From: Klebsiella phage phiKp_32
Sequence record: LC768500.1
Length of the DNA stretch: 64,000 nucleotides
Reading direction: 5' to 3' (one strand)
Part shown: in pieces, positions 26,306 through 37,400 of the stretch
How the letters are laid out: every line of letters begins with the position of its first letter
How positions within the stretch are numbered: the stretch's first letter is position 1
The notes under the pieces: model-generated
The model's database searches: none
What the model saw: only the letters and a program-made list of their open reading frames with translations
What the model was told of the DNA's origin: nothing
Program-made: the position numbers and the translations under genes

Positions 26306-27538
26306 CTAAACTAGAGCATGGATTTTGAACACAAAGCCAGTCACAAGGTCATCGCTAAAGTAACGGTTACGGAAAGCATGATAGAGATCCCCCCCGTTAT
26401 CGACGCCCGTGAGGCCATTAACGTAATCCGGGGTTAACCGGATATCGGTACTCCACAGCATTTGGTTACCACCTCTTTTAGAAATATAAGAGGGGAACAG
26501 GCCGTTGCTCAACATAAGAGGATGAGCGTAGGTGTCGTTAACCAAGAAGACTGTAGGGTAGCGATAGGTGATCAGTGGAGTTATCGTAATCCCGAAGTCT
26601 GGATTATCAAACACCACAAAAAAACTGTTTTGATTTAAAAGAAGTGCTTTAAACGTTTCCGCAGTATAAAGCTTATCTTTAGCAATGACTTTACGTTCCT
26701 TAGGATAAAGGTTACTTAAGTCAACGTAATTAAGAGATTCGAAAATTCGCTCGGGCCATTTATAATGACGGTAGTCGATACGTAGTCTTTTCTCACCCGT
26801 TCTTGTAACCAGGGGAGAACCTGTGACTAATCTTCCAGCGATAACTAACCAAACCTTCTTATCTTTGATAGGAACGTCTAGTTCGACTTCTAAACCAGTG
26901 AATCCATCTTCGTCAATGAACTTTATCATATCTTCGGTAAATGGACGTGTCTCTAAAGCAGATACTTTGGAGAAGTCATAGATGTCAACGTGACTGCTGT
27001 CATTAATGCGGTAATTCTTCCCGCCGTTTAAAAGATAGATCCCGTCGTCTCTACTTATTCCTCTAATGAAATGCCCGTTGAGATTAAAAAGACATTTCGT
27101 GATAAGGTCGTCGTATTTGCGGGTTGTCACAATGGTAGTTAGTAACAGATCCGGCGCTTCACTAACACTAACCAGGGCTTGACGATCCACGGACAACAGA
27201 TGATTAGCCGGAGCGATACGATAGCCGCTTAATTGAGCGTCACCACGTTGAACATAAACCAACTTCTCTCCCGGGAGTTCCGAAGAGAGAGTAAGAGGAT
27301 CGTTCTCTTTTGTCAGCAGCCAGGCTTCAATGGTCCCATCGAAAGTTTGAAATTCATACTGATAGTCAAAGGCGTTTAAACAAAGTTGTTTACCTACTAA
27401 TTCGTCGAGAATAACTATTCGTAATTTACTGTAGGTTTTAAAGTACTGGTTGGTCTTTAAAGTGCTTAAATCTACAACGGCTTCTCCAGCGTGCCCTGTG
27501 AGAGCAACGCCTACGGCTCGTACATACTGATAAGACAT
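26306..27538 (-). CDS. hypothetical protein (baseplate/tail-module candidate)
   Basis: ORF runs 26306-27568. The second in-frame ATG (MSYQYV) carries a GAAGAGGG RBS, so the start is set at 27538. It diverges from the first tail-fiber gene. Confidence 0.5.
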   Translation of the reverse strand: MSYQYVRAVGVALTGHAGEAVVDLSTLKTNQYFKTYSKLRIVILDELVGKQLCLNAFDYQYEFQTFDGTIEAWLLTKENDPLTLSSELPGEKLVYVQRGDAQLSGYRIAPANHLLSVDRQALVSVSEAPDLLLTTIVTTRKYDDLITKCLFNLNGHFIRGISRDDGIYLLNGGKNYRINDSSHVDIYDFSKVSALETRPFTEDMIKFIDEDGFTGLEVELDVPIKDKKVWLVIAGRLVTGSPLVTRTGEKRLRIDYRHYKWPERIFESLNYVDLSNLYPKERKVIAKDKLYTAETFKALLLNQNSFFVVFDNPDFGITITPLITYRYPTVFLVNDTYAHPLMLSNGLFPSYISKRGGNQMLWSTDIRLTPDYVNGLTGVDNGGDLYHAFRNRYFSDDLVTGFVFKIHALV

Positions 27539-27639
27539 AGCGCCCTCTTCCGGAATTCTATGGTTCATTATTTAAATTCATTCATAGGATCGGGCCGCTT
27601 AGCGTGGCGAGGTCTTCTAACCGCCAAACAGGATTCGAT

Positions 27640-30411
27640 ATGTCAGAATATTTATATCCTTGGAATCCCTTCCAAGATGATGATGACGCCCGTATCACTG
27701 GAGAGCTCGCGAGTGTACCCGGGGGAACCCGTGTGCTGGTCGTTCCTAGAGCCGCTCCTTTCTTTTCCGAAAACTTAACTATTGTCAATTCGGATACTAA
27801 TGCCCCGTTGGTATTAGGTGAAGACTACGTCTTCAGTTATCCGTTTATGGATTTTATCAAGAATTATTCCAAAAACGTTTATGGTGGGATAATTCTTCTC
27901 AAAGCAACCACCGCTTTGAACATTTCAATAAGTTATGACACCATCGGCGGGCCGTTCGTTTTAGATGACGTTGCGTACGCTGAAGCTGTGGCCAACATCA
28001 TCTCATCCGGGAGATTGGCAGATTGGAGTCAGGTCGTTAATCTCCCTTCTGGTTTCCCAGCCGATCCCCACGACCATCCAGAAAGCCAAACTTATAACTA
28101 CAACGAGTTCATGGCTAACCTCACTCTGATGATTGAGGCGATGAACAATGAAACGAATAACCCGACTGTCCAGACGCAGCTGACACAGCACAGTGCCGAT
28201 AACTTAAGAATCGCGCATCCCAACGGCGAGCCAGAGGATGTGGGATTAAGCAATCTTCACGATTACCCGGTGGCTCAAGAAAGTGATTTCGACGGTAATT
28301 CCAACCAGTTATATATGGTTCTTGGTATTACGAAGAAACTCATCGATAAAATGTTAGCCGAGTTCTTGAACGGATCGTTACCCGCTGACTTCGAAGAAAC
28401 GGTTCAAGAAATCTACGATCAAATGAACTCTTACTTGCAGCAAACGGCTACGCTCGCTGGGCAAGTTGATAACAAGCTGTCGAACACCATCAACGGTTTG
28501 GAAACCTTCGATAATGGCGCGACACTGACGTCAACCAAGGATATGTTATTCCATACCCCAACTAACAGTTGGTACTATTGGGGTGGGACTTATCCTACTG
28601 GCGGTTACGTTGTCAGCGGCGGGGCTTCCCCTTACGATGCTTCAGGTAATCTGATAGCCGGTTGGAAAGTGGCTGGTGCAGTTGAGCTTGAAACCAGACT
28701 CTCTTCGAAAACCATCGGCCTGGGTGGGGACATCGTAGGTTACACGGCAGTAGCTGGAGCAATAGCCCGTACTGTGAATGACCGACTCCGGGATACGATT
28801 AGTGTAAGGGACTATTATCAAAGTAGTGATAATGGTAACTGGGCCTTGGCTTATAACCGGGCTAAAGCAGTCAACCCTAAAGTTTGGTTCCCGAGATCCG
28901 ATTCTGCGTACATCGTTACTTCAACGTTGGCTCTGTCCGCTGGAGGTGGGATATACTCAAACGGCGCAACTATAAGCTCTCCTCCTGCGGCTGACGCCAC
29001 GGGTACAGCACTGATAAAGGTCATTTCGGCGACAAGTGTTTCCGACATCGAGCTAAGCGGGATAACTATCGATGGTGGGGTTAACGAAACACTGACGTCT
29101 AAAAACTACACTCGACCTGTTCAGATGACCGGATGCACTAATATTCGGTTTAGGAACGTTAGGATCGTAAACAATCCTGATTGGAGTTTTTCACTAGAAT
29201 CGTGTAAACAGATCATTATTGACAATTACTATCAACGTTCTTTCGTCTATGCCAACAGTGCGACGACTACATCGTTAGCGGGCGGTCGAGACGGCGGTCA
29301 CTTGATGGACTGTGTCGACGCAACATTAACGAATCTGGATATCGAGTCTGGTGACGATTGTATCGGGATCACGTCTAAACTGTCAGGCTGTGCTAACATC
29401 ACAGTGAGAGGGCTTAAAGGAAGCTCGGTTATCGCCAGTCTTCTGATTTATAACGAAGAACAGGACGGGTCGTCGAATTATTATTCGCAACCTTGTTCTC
29501 GTTTAAAATTCTCCGAGATCCATGTAAAAGATGGAGCTAACTGTCGCAACATCGTTCGAGTTAAGAAATACGGCTCTACTTCTGTCATTAACGATGTCTC
29601 GATAACGGGAGTAAGCGGGAAAGCCAATAACAGTTACGGTGTATGGGTGGGTGGTGTTAATAACGTTTACCTCAACGATATTAACGTCGAATCAACTCAG
29701 GTTCATGGTGCGTATATTGAGAACTGCTCGAGGGTAAGAGGTAACGTAAAAGGTAAAGCCAACGTTTCCACTTATCACGGCGTTATTGTGTACAACTCCA
29801 ATAACTGTGATCTGACATTGGATTCTGACCAATCTGCGGGTTACGGGATTTATCTGGATACGGTGAGTAATTCAGTAATACGTCCGTATTCATATAACTG
29901 TGGTGCTGGGTTATTCTCCTCTTCGGCAGGCGGTGGTTGCAGGATGGTGAACTGCTCCTACGTCAATATGCCTCAGGGCAATCTCTATGGTACTACAACG
30001 GTTTCCTATTACGGATTGAATTATTCGACTGGAAATACGAACTGTACCTTTGGGTTGGATCTGATGTTCTTCGGCCTGGTTCCTTCCACCAGACTGCCAA
30101 CCGCATATTACTTGAAGGCCCCTGCAGTCAGCCTTAAATTCAAAGAGGACTCCGCGGGAACTTTATCGACCTACTCCGCTATAGGGTGTACGTTGACCCG
30201 TAACGCCGCAGGGAACTATACCGTTGCGTTCTCAAGCAATATGAACTCGACCGGTTTCCAGTGGGTGTTGGAAGCTTACCATAACGGGGCCAGAAGAACG
30301 GTTCAGTTATCTTCAGCGGTGACGGTAGGTGGGTTTAGTTTCTTGACCCAAGACTCGGCCGGAACAACAACATATGCCGATCATGTTAGTTTGATGGCTT
30401 GGAATACTTAA
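27640..30411 (+). CDS. tail fiber/tailspike with pectate-lyase-type right-handed beta-helix (depolymerase candidate)
   Basis: The N-terminal anchor motif VVPRAAPFFSENLTIVNSDT is shared with the next two fibers. Beta-helix signatures are present (IVNNPDWSFSLESC, GDDCIGITSK, repeated xVxNVxL rungs). Start set at ATG 27640 after an AGGA RBS, although the ORF opens at GTG 27604. Confidence 0.7.
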   Translation: MSEYLYPWNPFQDDDDARITGELASVPGGTRVLVVPRAAPFFSENLTIVNSDTNAPLVLGEDYVFSYPFMDFIKNYSKNVYGGIILLKATTALNISISYDTIGGPFVLDDVAYAEAVANIISSGRLADWSQVVNLPSGFPADPHDHPESQTYNYNEFMANLTLMIEAMNNETNNPTVQTQLTQHSADNLRIAHPNGEPEDVGLSNLHDYPVAQESDFDGNSNQLYMVLGITKKLIDKMLAEFLNGSLPADFEETVQEIYDQMNSYLQQTATLAGQVDNKLSNTINGLETFDNGATLTSTKDMLFHTPTNSWYYWGGTYPTGGYVVSGGASPYDASGNLIAGWKVAGAVELETRLSSKTIGLGGDIVGYTAVAGAIARTVNDRLRDTISVRDYYQSSDNGNWALAYNRAKAVNPKVWFPRSDSAYIVTSTLALSAGGGIYSNGATISSPPAADATGTALIKVISATSVSDIELSGITIDGGVNETLTSKNYTRPVQMTGCTNIRFRNVRIVNNPDWSFSLESCKQIIIDNYYQRSFVYANSATTTSLAGGRDGGHLMDCVDATLTNLDIESGDDCIGITSKLSGCANITVRGLKGSSVIASLLIYNEEQDGSSNYYSQPCSRLKFSEIHVKDGANCRNIVRVKKYGSTSVINDVSITGVSGKANNSYGVWVGGVNNVYLNDINVESTQVHGAYIENCSRVRGNVKGKANVSTYHGVIVYNSNNCDLTLDSDQSAGYGIYLDTVSNSVIRPYSYNCGAGLFSSSAGGGCRMVNCSYVNMPQGNLYGTTTVSYYGLNYSTGNTNCTFGLDLMFFGLVPSTRLPTAYYLKAPAVSLKFKEDSAGTLSTYSAIGCTLTRNAAGNYTVAFSSNMNSTGFQWVLEAYHNGARRTVQLSSAVTVGGFSFLTQDSAGTTTYADHVSLMAWNT

Positions 30412-30419
30412 GGAAGATT

Positions 30420-30674
30420 ATGTCTATTACCGCAGTACTTTCAGGTACCGTTAATCTCTCTTCGCTGAAAGATCAGAGCAGTAAGGCTCATGTTCTTGAA
30501 ATCATTAAAGAAAGAATGAGTTACGAAAAACCAGACATTGAGTTAACTTTATCGGTCGATAACACGGTCGTTAACAGTTACGCCTTTGTCAGTGGTGACG
30601 CGTTGACAGTTCCTGATGACTTCAGCTTTGTTTTTAACGGTATTGTTGCCGACGTTATCGCTAACGCTAATTAG
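30420..30674 (+). CDS. small protein following tailspike (tail-fiber assembly/chaperone candidate)
   Basis: 85-aa ORF with an AGGAAG RBS directly after the tailspike stop, followed by a terminator at 30687-30716. Function inferred from position only. Confidence 0.35.
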   Translation: MSITAVLSGTVNLSSLKDQSSKAHVLEIIKERMSYEKPDIELTLSVDNTVVNSYAFVSGDALTVPDDFSFVFNGIVADVIANAN

Positions 30675-30686
30675 AAAACCTAATAA

Positions 30687-30730
30687 GGTAGGGGAGGGCG
30701 TTAGCCCTCCCCTACCTAGTCGATTTTATG
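30687..30730 (+). terminator. terminator after the tailspike/chaperone pair
   Basis: GGTAGGGGAGGGC / GCCCTCCCCTACC 13-bp stem with a GTTA loop. Confidence 0.7.
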
Positions 30731-30785
30731 ATTCAGGCTTAATATTCGTGGAGTGTGATACTCACTCCACCACGAGGTGAGATCA

Positions 30786-33700
30786 ATGAACTATCCTAAT
30801 ATTCCCGAATACCGTTTGGATATCACGGGGAAAAACCCAGAGAACTTAATTCATTTTGAACAGCTTCAACGAGAAGATGATGTTCGTAAAATGATCGTCG
30901 TCCCTCGTCACGCTCCATTTTACATAGAAAGCGTAATTTTAACTTTCCCTGACGGCACACCGATGGTTTACGGGACTCATTATGAATTCTTTAATATCAT
31001 GGGAGAGCTTTCTCGCAGAACAGGGAAGGCGGTTGGGTGTTTTATTAAGATTTTGGATAAAACGATAACCCGATTTAACGCTCGTTACCAGACGGTCGGT
31101 TCGGTTTCTCTTTTCGACAAGAGCTTCTTAGATCTCTATAACGCGGTTATAGATGATCAGAGGTCAGTATGGTTTGACGAAATCGACAATAAACCCGCAT
31201 TGTTTGATCCAGAGCAGCACGGGCATGATGTCAGATACGGCGTGTACGCCTTTAAAGATCTCGCAGACGCATTCGAGCAGATGGTAGCCAACACCGTAGG
31301 CGGTGAAGGGTATCACGCACCCTATGAAGAGTTCTTCGTCCAGCGCATCAATAACGCGATCAGTTACCTTTCACAAGTACAGAGTCGTTGCATAGCACTA
31401 ATTAACGAACACGCCAGTAACAAGATCAATGTGCATGGTATCGATAATGTTAAAGTAGGATTGGGTAACGTTGATAACATCGGGACTTACACTTCCGATA
31501 ATTGGGGGGGTACTATCGATGACAAACATCGTATAACTCCAGGGTATCTGAAAAAGTTAGCCGAAAACACCACTGTGGATCTTAGCAACTTGGTCCAACC
31601 TGGCGTTCTCCCAATTGCTCGCTACGGTGAAAACTTTTACATCCCTCCGGTTATCGATGGATCCTTTAAAGGGGTTGGGACCAGACAGCCTTGGCGAGTG
31701 GCCTGTTTAGAAAGAAACGGTTATCTAGTGGCAATAGGTAATTACAAGGACGTCAATACAGACGTGTTGATGTACATGTATAACAAAACCCCGTTTGTTT
31801 CACCGGCCAATTCCAGTAACTGGATAAATACGCGTTATGAGTATAACCCCACTCGTGCTGTTGAAGACGGTGTTAAACTCACCACGGTCATTAAAGGCGG
31901 TGATTATCGCTGGATGATTGTAGGTAACGACCAAACCAACAAGTGGTACGTGGTTAATTGTAATTCTACATTCAACCCGGTGAGTCATGTTCTCACGCCA
32001 ATCAGTAATGTGGACTTTTTCTCCAACATCAGCCACATCAGAATGGCCGTTTGTGGAGAGAGCATCTATCTGTTTAAGGTTACAGACACGCAGGCCGATG
32101 GACGCAAATATGTGACGATGAGGAAGATCGATGTAAGTTCTGTTGATGTCAACACAGAGAGTGTCGCTCTGACCACACCTTCGCTTATTTACACCGATTC
32201 ATCTAATGCCAGTAAAACATCTACGACCGGGGTTTTCGATCCTTTCGTTGTTACCAAAGATGGGTCTAATAAAGTAACCAAAGTGTTGGGTAGTTTTAAC
32301 CCAGTACTGGACTATATTGAGATGGAAAGGGACATTCATATTGAAATGATTCCTGATCCGACTAACCCCACTGTGAGTTATATGCGTTGGTGGACCCCTT
32401 GCATGCATCATCTCGGGACCAAAGCAGTAACGACGACCTACTCCCCGTCTTGGAAATTACAGGAGAGTGGTGGGTTTACAACGATGACGTGGACGAAAGG
32501 ACTAGGGTCTGCTACGATGAACATCACCGCGTGGGATTTGAATTACGCGCCGTGGATGGCTAAACAGAACACAGCGAATACTGCCTTCTTCCAACAAACC
32601 TCATCGTGGTTCCACTCCGCAGCAATGGGTAATGGATTTACTGGCTCATCTTCAATACTCTCTAATGATGCAAGATTCTCATGCGCGTCAACCCACTGGA
32701 ATTTTTTCCCGTTACTGACCGCAACGAGCATGCCGGATTTCTTTACGTCTAACGACCCTTCCACATTTACGACCGCTGATCCAGCAATAACAAATATGGA
32801 TGTTAATGAGGCCGGTGGATATAACCTTAGAACTTTGGCATGTGGGATAACCAACACCACGGTCTATGGATCAGCACCAGCATCAAGTTGTCAGTCCACC
32901 TTGCCATTTACTGAGGCGAATAACTCGATAACGCATTATGAACTTATTAAGTCTGAAGTCAATGATGATACCTTTGTTCATACCGCCAAATTGAGAACGG
33001 GCGATAGAACAACGGCTTCGGTATACGACGCCAACACTTATTACCATATGAGTTACACCAACGACATTTATAAGACCAATATCCCTCCAAGGGGGGTACG
33101 AGTCTCTTACGTTGATGAAATGAATGCGGCTAATAAGGGAGAGACGTTCTTCTCGGTGACCGGCGGGACGGTTTATAGTCTGGGTACCGGGCTTCAGGAT
33201 AATCTGTTAACTCACTCTTTCACTACGACCAGAGATTCTTCCACCAGGACGTTGTCGTTTAACCCATCTCTGTATGTTCAAATTACTAATGCTTTGGTTT
33301 TGTCTTTAGTAACGGCGAACTTCCCAAATGCGGCGGCTTACTATCAAAAAGCTTGGACTTTGTTATGGGTGCCAGGGAAAGAGAGTATTATCGCCCCTAT
33401 GCTGATCGTAGAGTGGATGGGGACGGGTTCTGATACTAACGCCTATATCGGCGTGATGACGTTGAACGTAGTTAAAAACCCAACGTTGACCACTAACCAA
33501 ACCGCGACTGTGAATGGTGTAAAAACCTGCGTAATGAATGTAGGTGATTTGACAGTAGCCAACAAATATACTGTGACGAACGGAACCTATTCTGGCGATC
33601 GTTCTTGGTTTGATGCGATTGGCAACCACTACATCAACTCAGGGTATTTCACTGTTTATCGCAATGCGTCTGGCGAAGTATCTTTCTATTGGGGTTCTAC

Positions 33701-34400
33701 CAACTCTAAGAACTACGGAAGCCCAACCAGTTATGGTGTGGCTAAAACAGCGTACCTGTCTGGTAAAATGTCGGGACCGAAAGTTATTTCTGCTATTAAT
33801 AACTACCCTGGCGGAAGAGATATGCTGGGATCCGTCGTCTACGCGTTAAAAGGTGTCGGTCTATTGCTGATTTCCGATACGATGTCTACTGATATCTTTG
33901 TGGGCGGTGGTATTACTCCGGCTAAGCTGGCGGGGACTACCTACCAGTCGGTTCTGGATGGATATGCCAACACAGCTTTGTTAGGATCGTTCTACATCAT
34001 CGCTGACATCATTCCGGTCAATCAATGGACGTTGTTCTTCTCAGCGAGCAAGATCGTTTTGAAAGGAACCTATTTCGAACTGCCCGTGGGTACTCTGACA
34101 TTAACAGATTACTTCACCGATGTTCAAAATAAAACGTTCTATTTGTTTTTAAAACTCACTGAAGGTAGCCCGGTATATGAGTTGTCATCAACTATGTTGT
34201 CGGAAACCTCGACGTGTATGTTGATAGCGACGGTTACTACCGATAACTTCAGCATTGTTTCTGTAGATACACAAAAGGTCTTTTCAATGACCGGCTATCG
34301 CGTGTCGTCTCAAGCTATCGGTTCGATCATACCTGGGTCGACCGGGGGGATCAACGAATTGGGCGAGACACCGTGGCTGTCGTCTACCTTGGTTGATTAA
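30786..34400 (+). CDS. giant tail fiber protein (about 1200 aa)
   Basis: N-terminal VVPRHAPFYIESVILTFPDGTP anchor motif and the tail-fiber signature HGIDNVKVGLGNVDN. The C-terminal module is shared with the next fiber. Start is ATG 30786 after a GAGGTGAG RBS. Confidence 0.7.
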   Translation: MNYPNIPEYRLDITGKNPENLIHFEQLQREDDVRKMIVVPRHAPFYIESVILTFPDGTPMVYGTHYEFFNIMGELSRRTGKAVGCFIKILDKTITRFNARYQTVGSVSLFDKSFLDLYNAVIDDQRSVWFDEIDNKPALFDPEQHGHDVRYGVYAFKDLADAFEQMVANTVGGEGYHAPYEEFFVQRINNAISYLSQVQSRCIALINEHASNKINVHGIDNVKVGLGNVDNIGTYTSDNWGGTIDDKHRITPGYLKKLAENTTVDLSNLVQPGVLPIARYGENFYIPPVIDGSFKGVGTRQPWRVACLERNGYLVAIGNYKDVNTDVLMYMYNKTPFVSPANSSNWINTRYEYNPTRAVEDGVKLTTVIKGGDYRWMIVGNDQTNKWYVVNCNSTFNPVSHVLTPISNVDFFSNISHIRMAVCGESIYLFKVTDTQADGRKYVTMRKIDVSSVDVNTESVALTTPSLIYTDSSNASKTSTTGVFDPFVVTKDGSNKVTKVLGSFNPVLDYIEMERDIHIEMIPDPTNPTVSYMRWWTPCMHHLGTKAVTTTYSPSWKLQESGGFTTMTWTKGLGSATMNITAWDLNYAPWMAKQNTANTAFFQQTSSWFHSAAMGNGFTGSSSILSNDARFSCASTHWNFFPLLTATSMPDFFTSNDPSTFTTADPAITNMDVNEAGGYNLRTLACGITNTTVYGSAPASSCQSTLPFTEANNSITHYELIKSEVNDDTFVHTAKLRTGDRTTASVYDANTYYHMSYTNDIYKTNIPPRGVRVSYVDEMNAANKGETFFSVTGGTVYSLGTGLQDNLLTHSFTTTRDSSTRTLSFNPSLYVQITNALVLSLVTANFPNAAAYYQKAWTLLWVPGKESIIAPMLIVEWMGTGSDTNAYIGVMTLNVVKNPTLTTNQTATVNGVKTCVMNVGDLTVANKYTVTNGTYSGDRSWFDAIGNHYINSGYFTVYRNASGEVSFYWGSTNSKNYGSPTSYGVAKTAYLSGKMSGPKVISAINNYPGGRDMLGSVVYALKGVGLLLISDTMSTDIFVGGGITPAKLAGTTYQSVLDGYANTALLGSFYIIADIIPVNQWTLFFSASKIVLKGTYFELPVGTLTLTDYFTDVQNKTFYLFLKLTEGSPVYELSSTMLSETSTCMLIATVTTDNFSIVSVDTQKVFSMTGYRVSSQAIGSIIPGSTGGINELGETPWLSSTLVD

Positions 34401-34406
34401 CCCTTT

Positions 34407-34438
34407 AAAAGGAGGGGACCCCTCCTTTTATTTTTATA
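34407..34438 (+). terminator. terminator between fiber genes
   Basis: AAAAGGAGGGG / CCCCTCCTTTT stem followed by ATTTTTAT. Confidence 0.75.
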
Positions 34439-34446
34439 GGTGTAAT

Positions 34447-37400
34447 ATGTCTGACTTTAAAATCCTATCTTTCGATCCCAGAGGGGATAACACAGATAAT
34501 CTGTTAACCGAGCAGGTGGTATTGGATGACACCACCCTCGATTACATTAAACCGGATTATACTCCATTTTATTCTAGCACTGTGGTTATCACTGATAAAG
34601 ACGGTCAAGTGAGGAATGAAGGGACGGATTATGTTCTGGAAGGGTTGGTGATCCCACTGGTAAAAACTTCCGGTAAGGATGTAAAGGCTTACATCAGAAT
34701 CGTCAATACAGAACTCTATGCTAAGTCTCCACTAAGCATTCAGTATCACTCTTGCGGGATTAACCACTTTCCGAGAGATATGGTTAAGAACACCCCAACT
34801 GGGTCAGAAGGCAACAGCCTCCCTATCGATTGGAATACACAAGTTTTAGGCAAACCTGATTCTTACCCTTTTAAACCTCATATTCATAACGTCGAAACTG
34901 AAATAGCGGCGTGGACTGATCTGGCCGATGAAATAGAAGAAATTTATCAGTACAGAAAAAATCACATCCTCAGCAAATACCAAGAGTTAAAAGGTCTGAG
35001 CGATGCAGTTTGGACTGCGACCGATCTTACTGCCAAGCAGCTCCGCGATAATGTGATGAATCACGATCGTGATCTTGATAACCCTCATGACGTTGATGCG
35101 GCTGACGTTTTACTTGGTAACGTAGATAACTTTGCTACAGCAACCGCCAATGACGAACTCCTGGGTTCGGCTGATAAGTTCTCTACTCCCCTGGGTGCAC
35201 AGTCTATACTTAATAATTCATTACAAAGTACGGACAGTTATCATCACATTGGTCGTCTTCCCCTTTCTTATTACGGAACTGATTTTTACATCCCTCCTCC
35301 GATAGAGGGAGACTTTAAAGGGATGTGGACGAACTGTGAAACGGCCGGATTCTGTTTGGAAGATAACGGAACGTTAATGATGCTCGCCAATGCGTCTGAC
35401 GGAAAGCACAACGGTCTGTTTTACACCACCATTGAAAATTGGGACAGCCCTAATCCAAAAGTCAGGTATACCGGTTATCCTTACCAATGGGGGAGTTTGG
35501 ATTACCGTAAGCTCAACGCCATTGTTGAAGGCTCCGGTAAAGACGTGATGATCGTAGGGAACCGGGCATCTCAGGATTGGTATATTACCCTGACCAAAGG
35601 TACTTTCGATCCAGCGAAACACAATCTTCACAAGATCACTTTCGATACCACCCCTCCTGGGATGTGGGATAACTACGTCGTTAACGAAAGATTCCCTTGG
35701 TTCGATATCAGTAAAGTTTTTGTAGCCGGGGGGTACGTCTGGCTGATGTATCTTAATCATCAGAATTTTAGCAATGAGCTGAGAATAGCAAAAGATCTTT
35801 ACTTCTACCGCATTCCGTTGTCGGCCTTTGATGCTGACGGACCTCTGGTATTCCAAGCTATTACCTTGACGAGCGCGCAGAACGTTTTCGGTACGACGTT
35901 TACTAATGTTAAGCCGCTTCGTATCAGCGATCCCGTCAAGAAAAGCTCAGGGTGGTATAACAACAGTTGGTGTCGAACTTCCCTGGATCTCGTCGCGTCT
36001 TATCAGTGGATAAAATCGGTAATTATTCCTACTGATTACGATTCGACGTCTAATAAGAAACTGATCTATTTAGAAACCAGGATGCATAACTACTATTATA
36101 ATGGTTCGGTGTATAATTTCTATGATCCGGCTCTTCAATTCATTTATATCTTTGATCCGGATAACAATACCTTCTTACTACACCCAGATAGCGGAAGGAA
36201 CTACCTCATTGACGTGGTAACTACCTCCAATAACCCACAGAGGGTAGGAGGAAGGATGGCTAATGGTGATAATTGGGTTAACATCGGTAGGAACCAAAGG
36301 CCGTCTATAACCCACCTCAATGGTTATATCCTAAAATCGGAAATAAATCAGGTCTACACCACCTTTAAATTAAAAACTGATTCACTCAGTTGGTTTAAAG
36401 ACCCCTATTCGGGAGCAACGGGCGGAACCAACGCACTAACAGCCATTAAAAAGTCTTATCCAATGGTAGAACCTCCTGGGGCGGTTCAATCAAGCTATTT
36501 CGATGGAGCCGAAATATATGGGGTTTATGGACCCCACCCATCCAGCGCCTTCAACGTCGCGACCAAAATGGGGCTGTATCTCAGAACCGGATTGGGTGAC
36601 TACGCCGACCATCCTGAGATGAGATGGGACAATACTAATCTCATGATACGTCTTCCCAGCAACCAGGATTTCAAAATTGCGGGTGGTGGGAACTACGCGA
36701 GATGTAGCGTAACCGGTGACGCGGCTGCTTTAACTGCTGCCGGCACCACAATAGGGTGGACCGGATTTAGTGTTTATGAAGACAGGGGTGTTTTCGATAA
36801 ATTCACCAACTGGCCCGCTCAGCCCAGTAATCAGGTTGCTTTACCCGGGAATATCACCTGGAATACCAGCGTTCCTGGGGTCGCGACAGCCCAGGTGAAT
36901 TCTACAGTGAATTACCCAACCACCATTATCAACCAGATTAAGGCGGTGTTGACTAATGGTATCGGAGCGACGAAATATTCGTCATTCACACTCTACGACT
37001 TTACCTATTCCCCATTTGCGGACGTCTATTCGGTAGCTACACTTTTCTATACGAAGCCCGGATCCGCTGGATTGTGGACAAGGTTTATTTTGTTTAAACC
37101 TACGGTAACAACGTCCGGTACCGTAAAAACTGTGACGGCTTATTCTGTTCTGTACAACTCCGGGGAAGTGGTTAACGATGGTCCGAGGTTCTTCGCGAAC
37201 ATTGACATGAGTTATTTTAGGGGAAGTAATACTTATCCCATAGTAGAAGTCTATGTCAATCGAACCACCGGGATCCATTATTACAACATTTATCCGGGTG
37301 TTTGCTTCTATCCGTCAGGAAACACGACAGCGTACGCGGTCGCTTATATCGTGCAGCCCCGTATACAGTTGCAGAGAGCGACCTCTAACAATGTTATTAC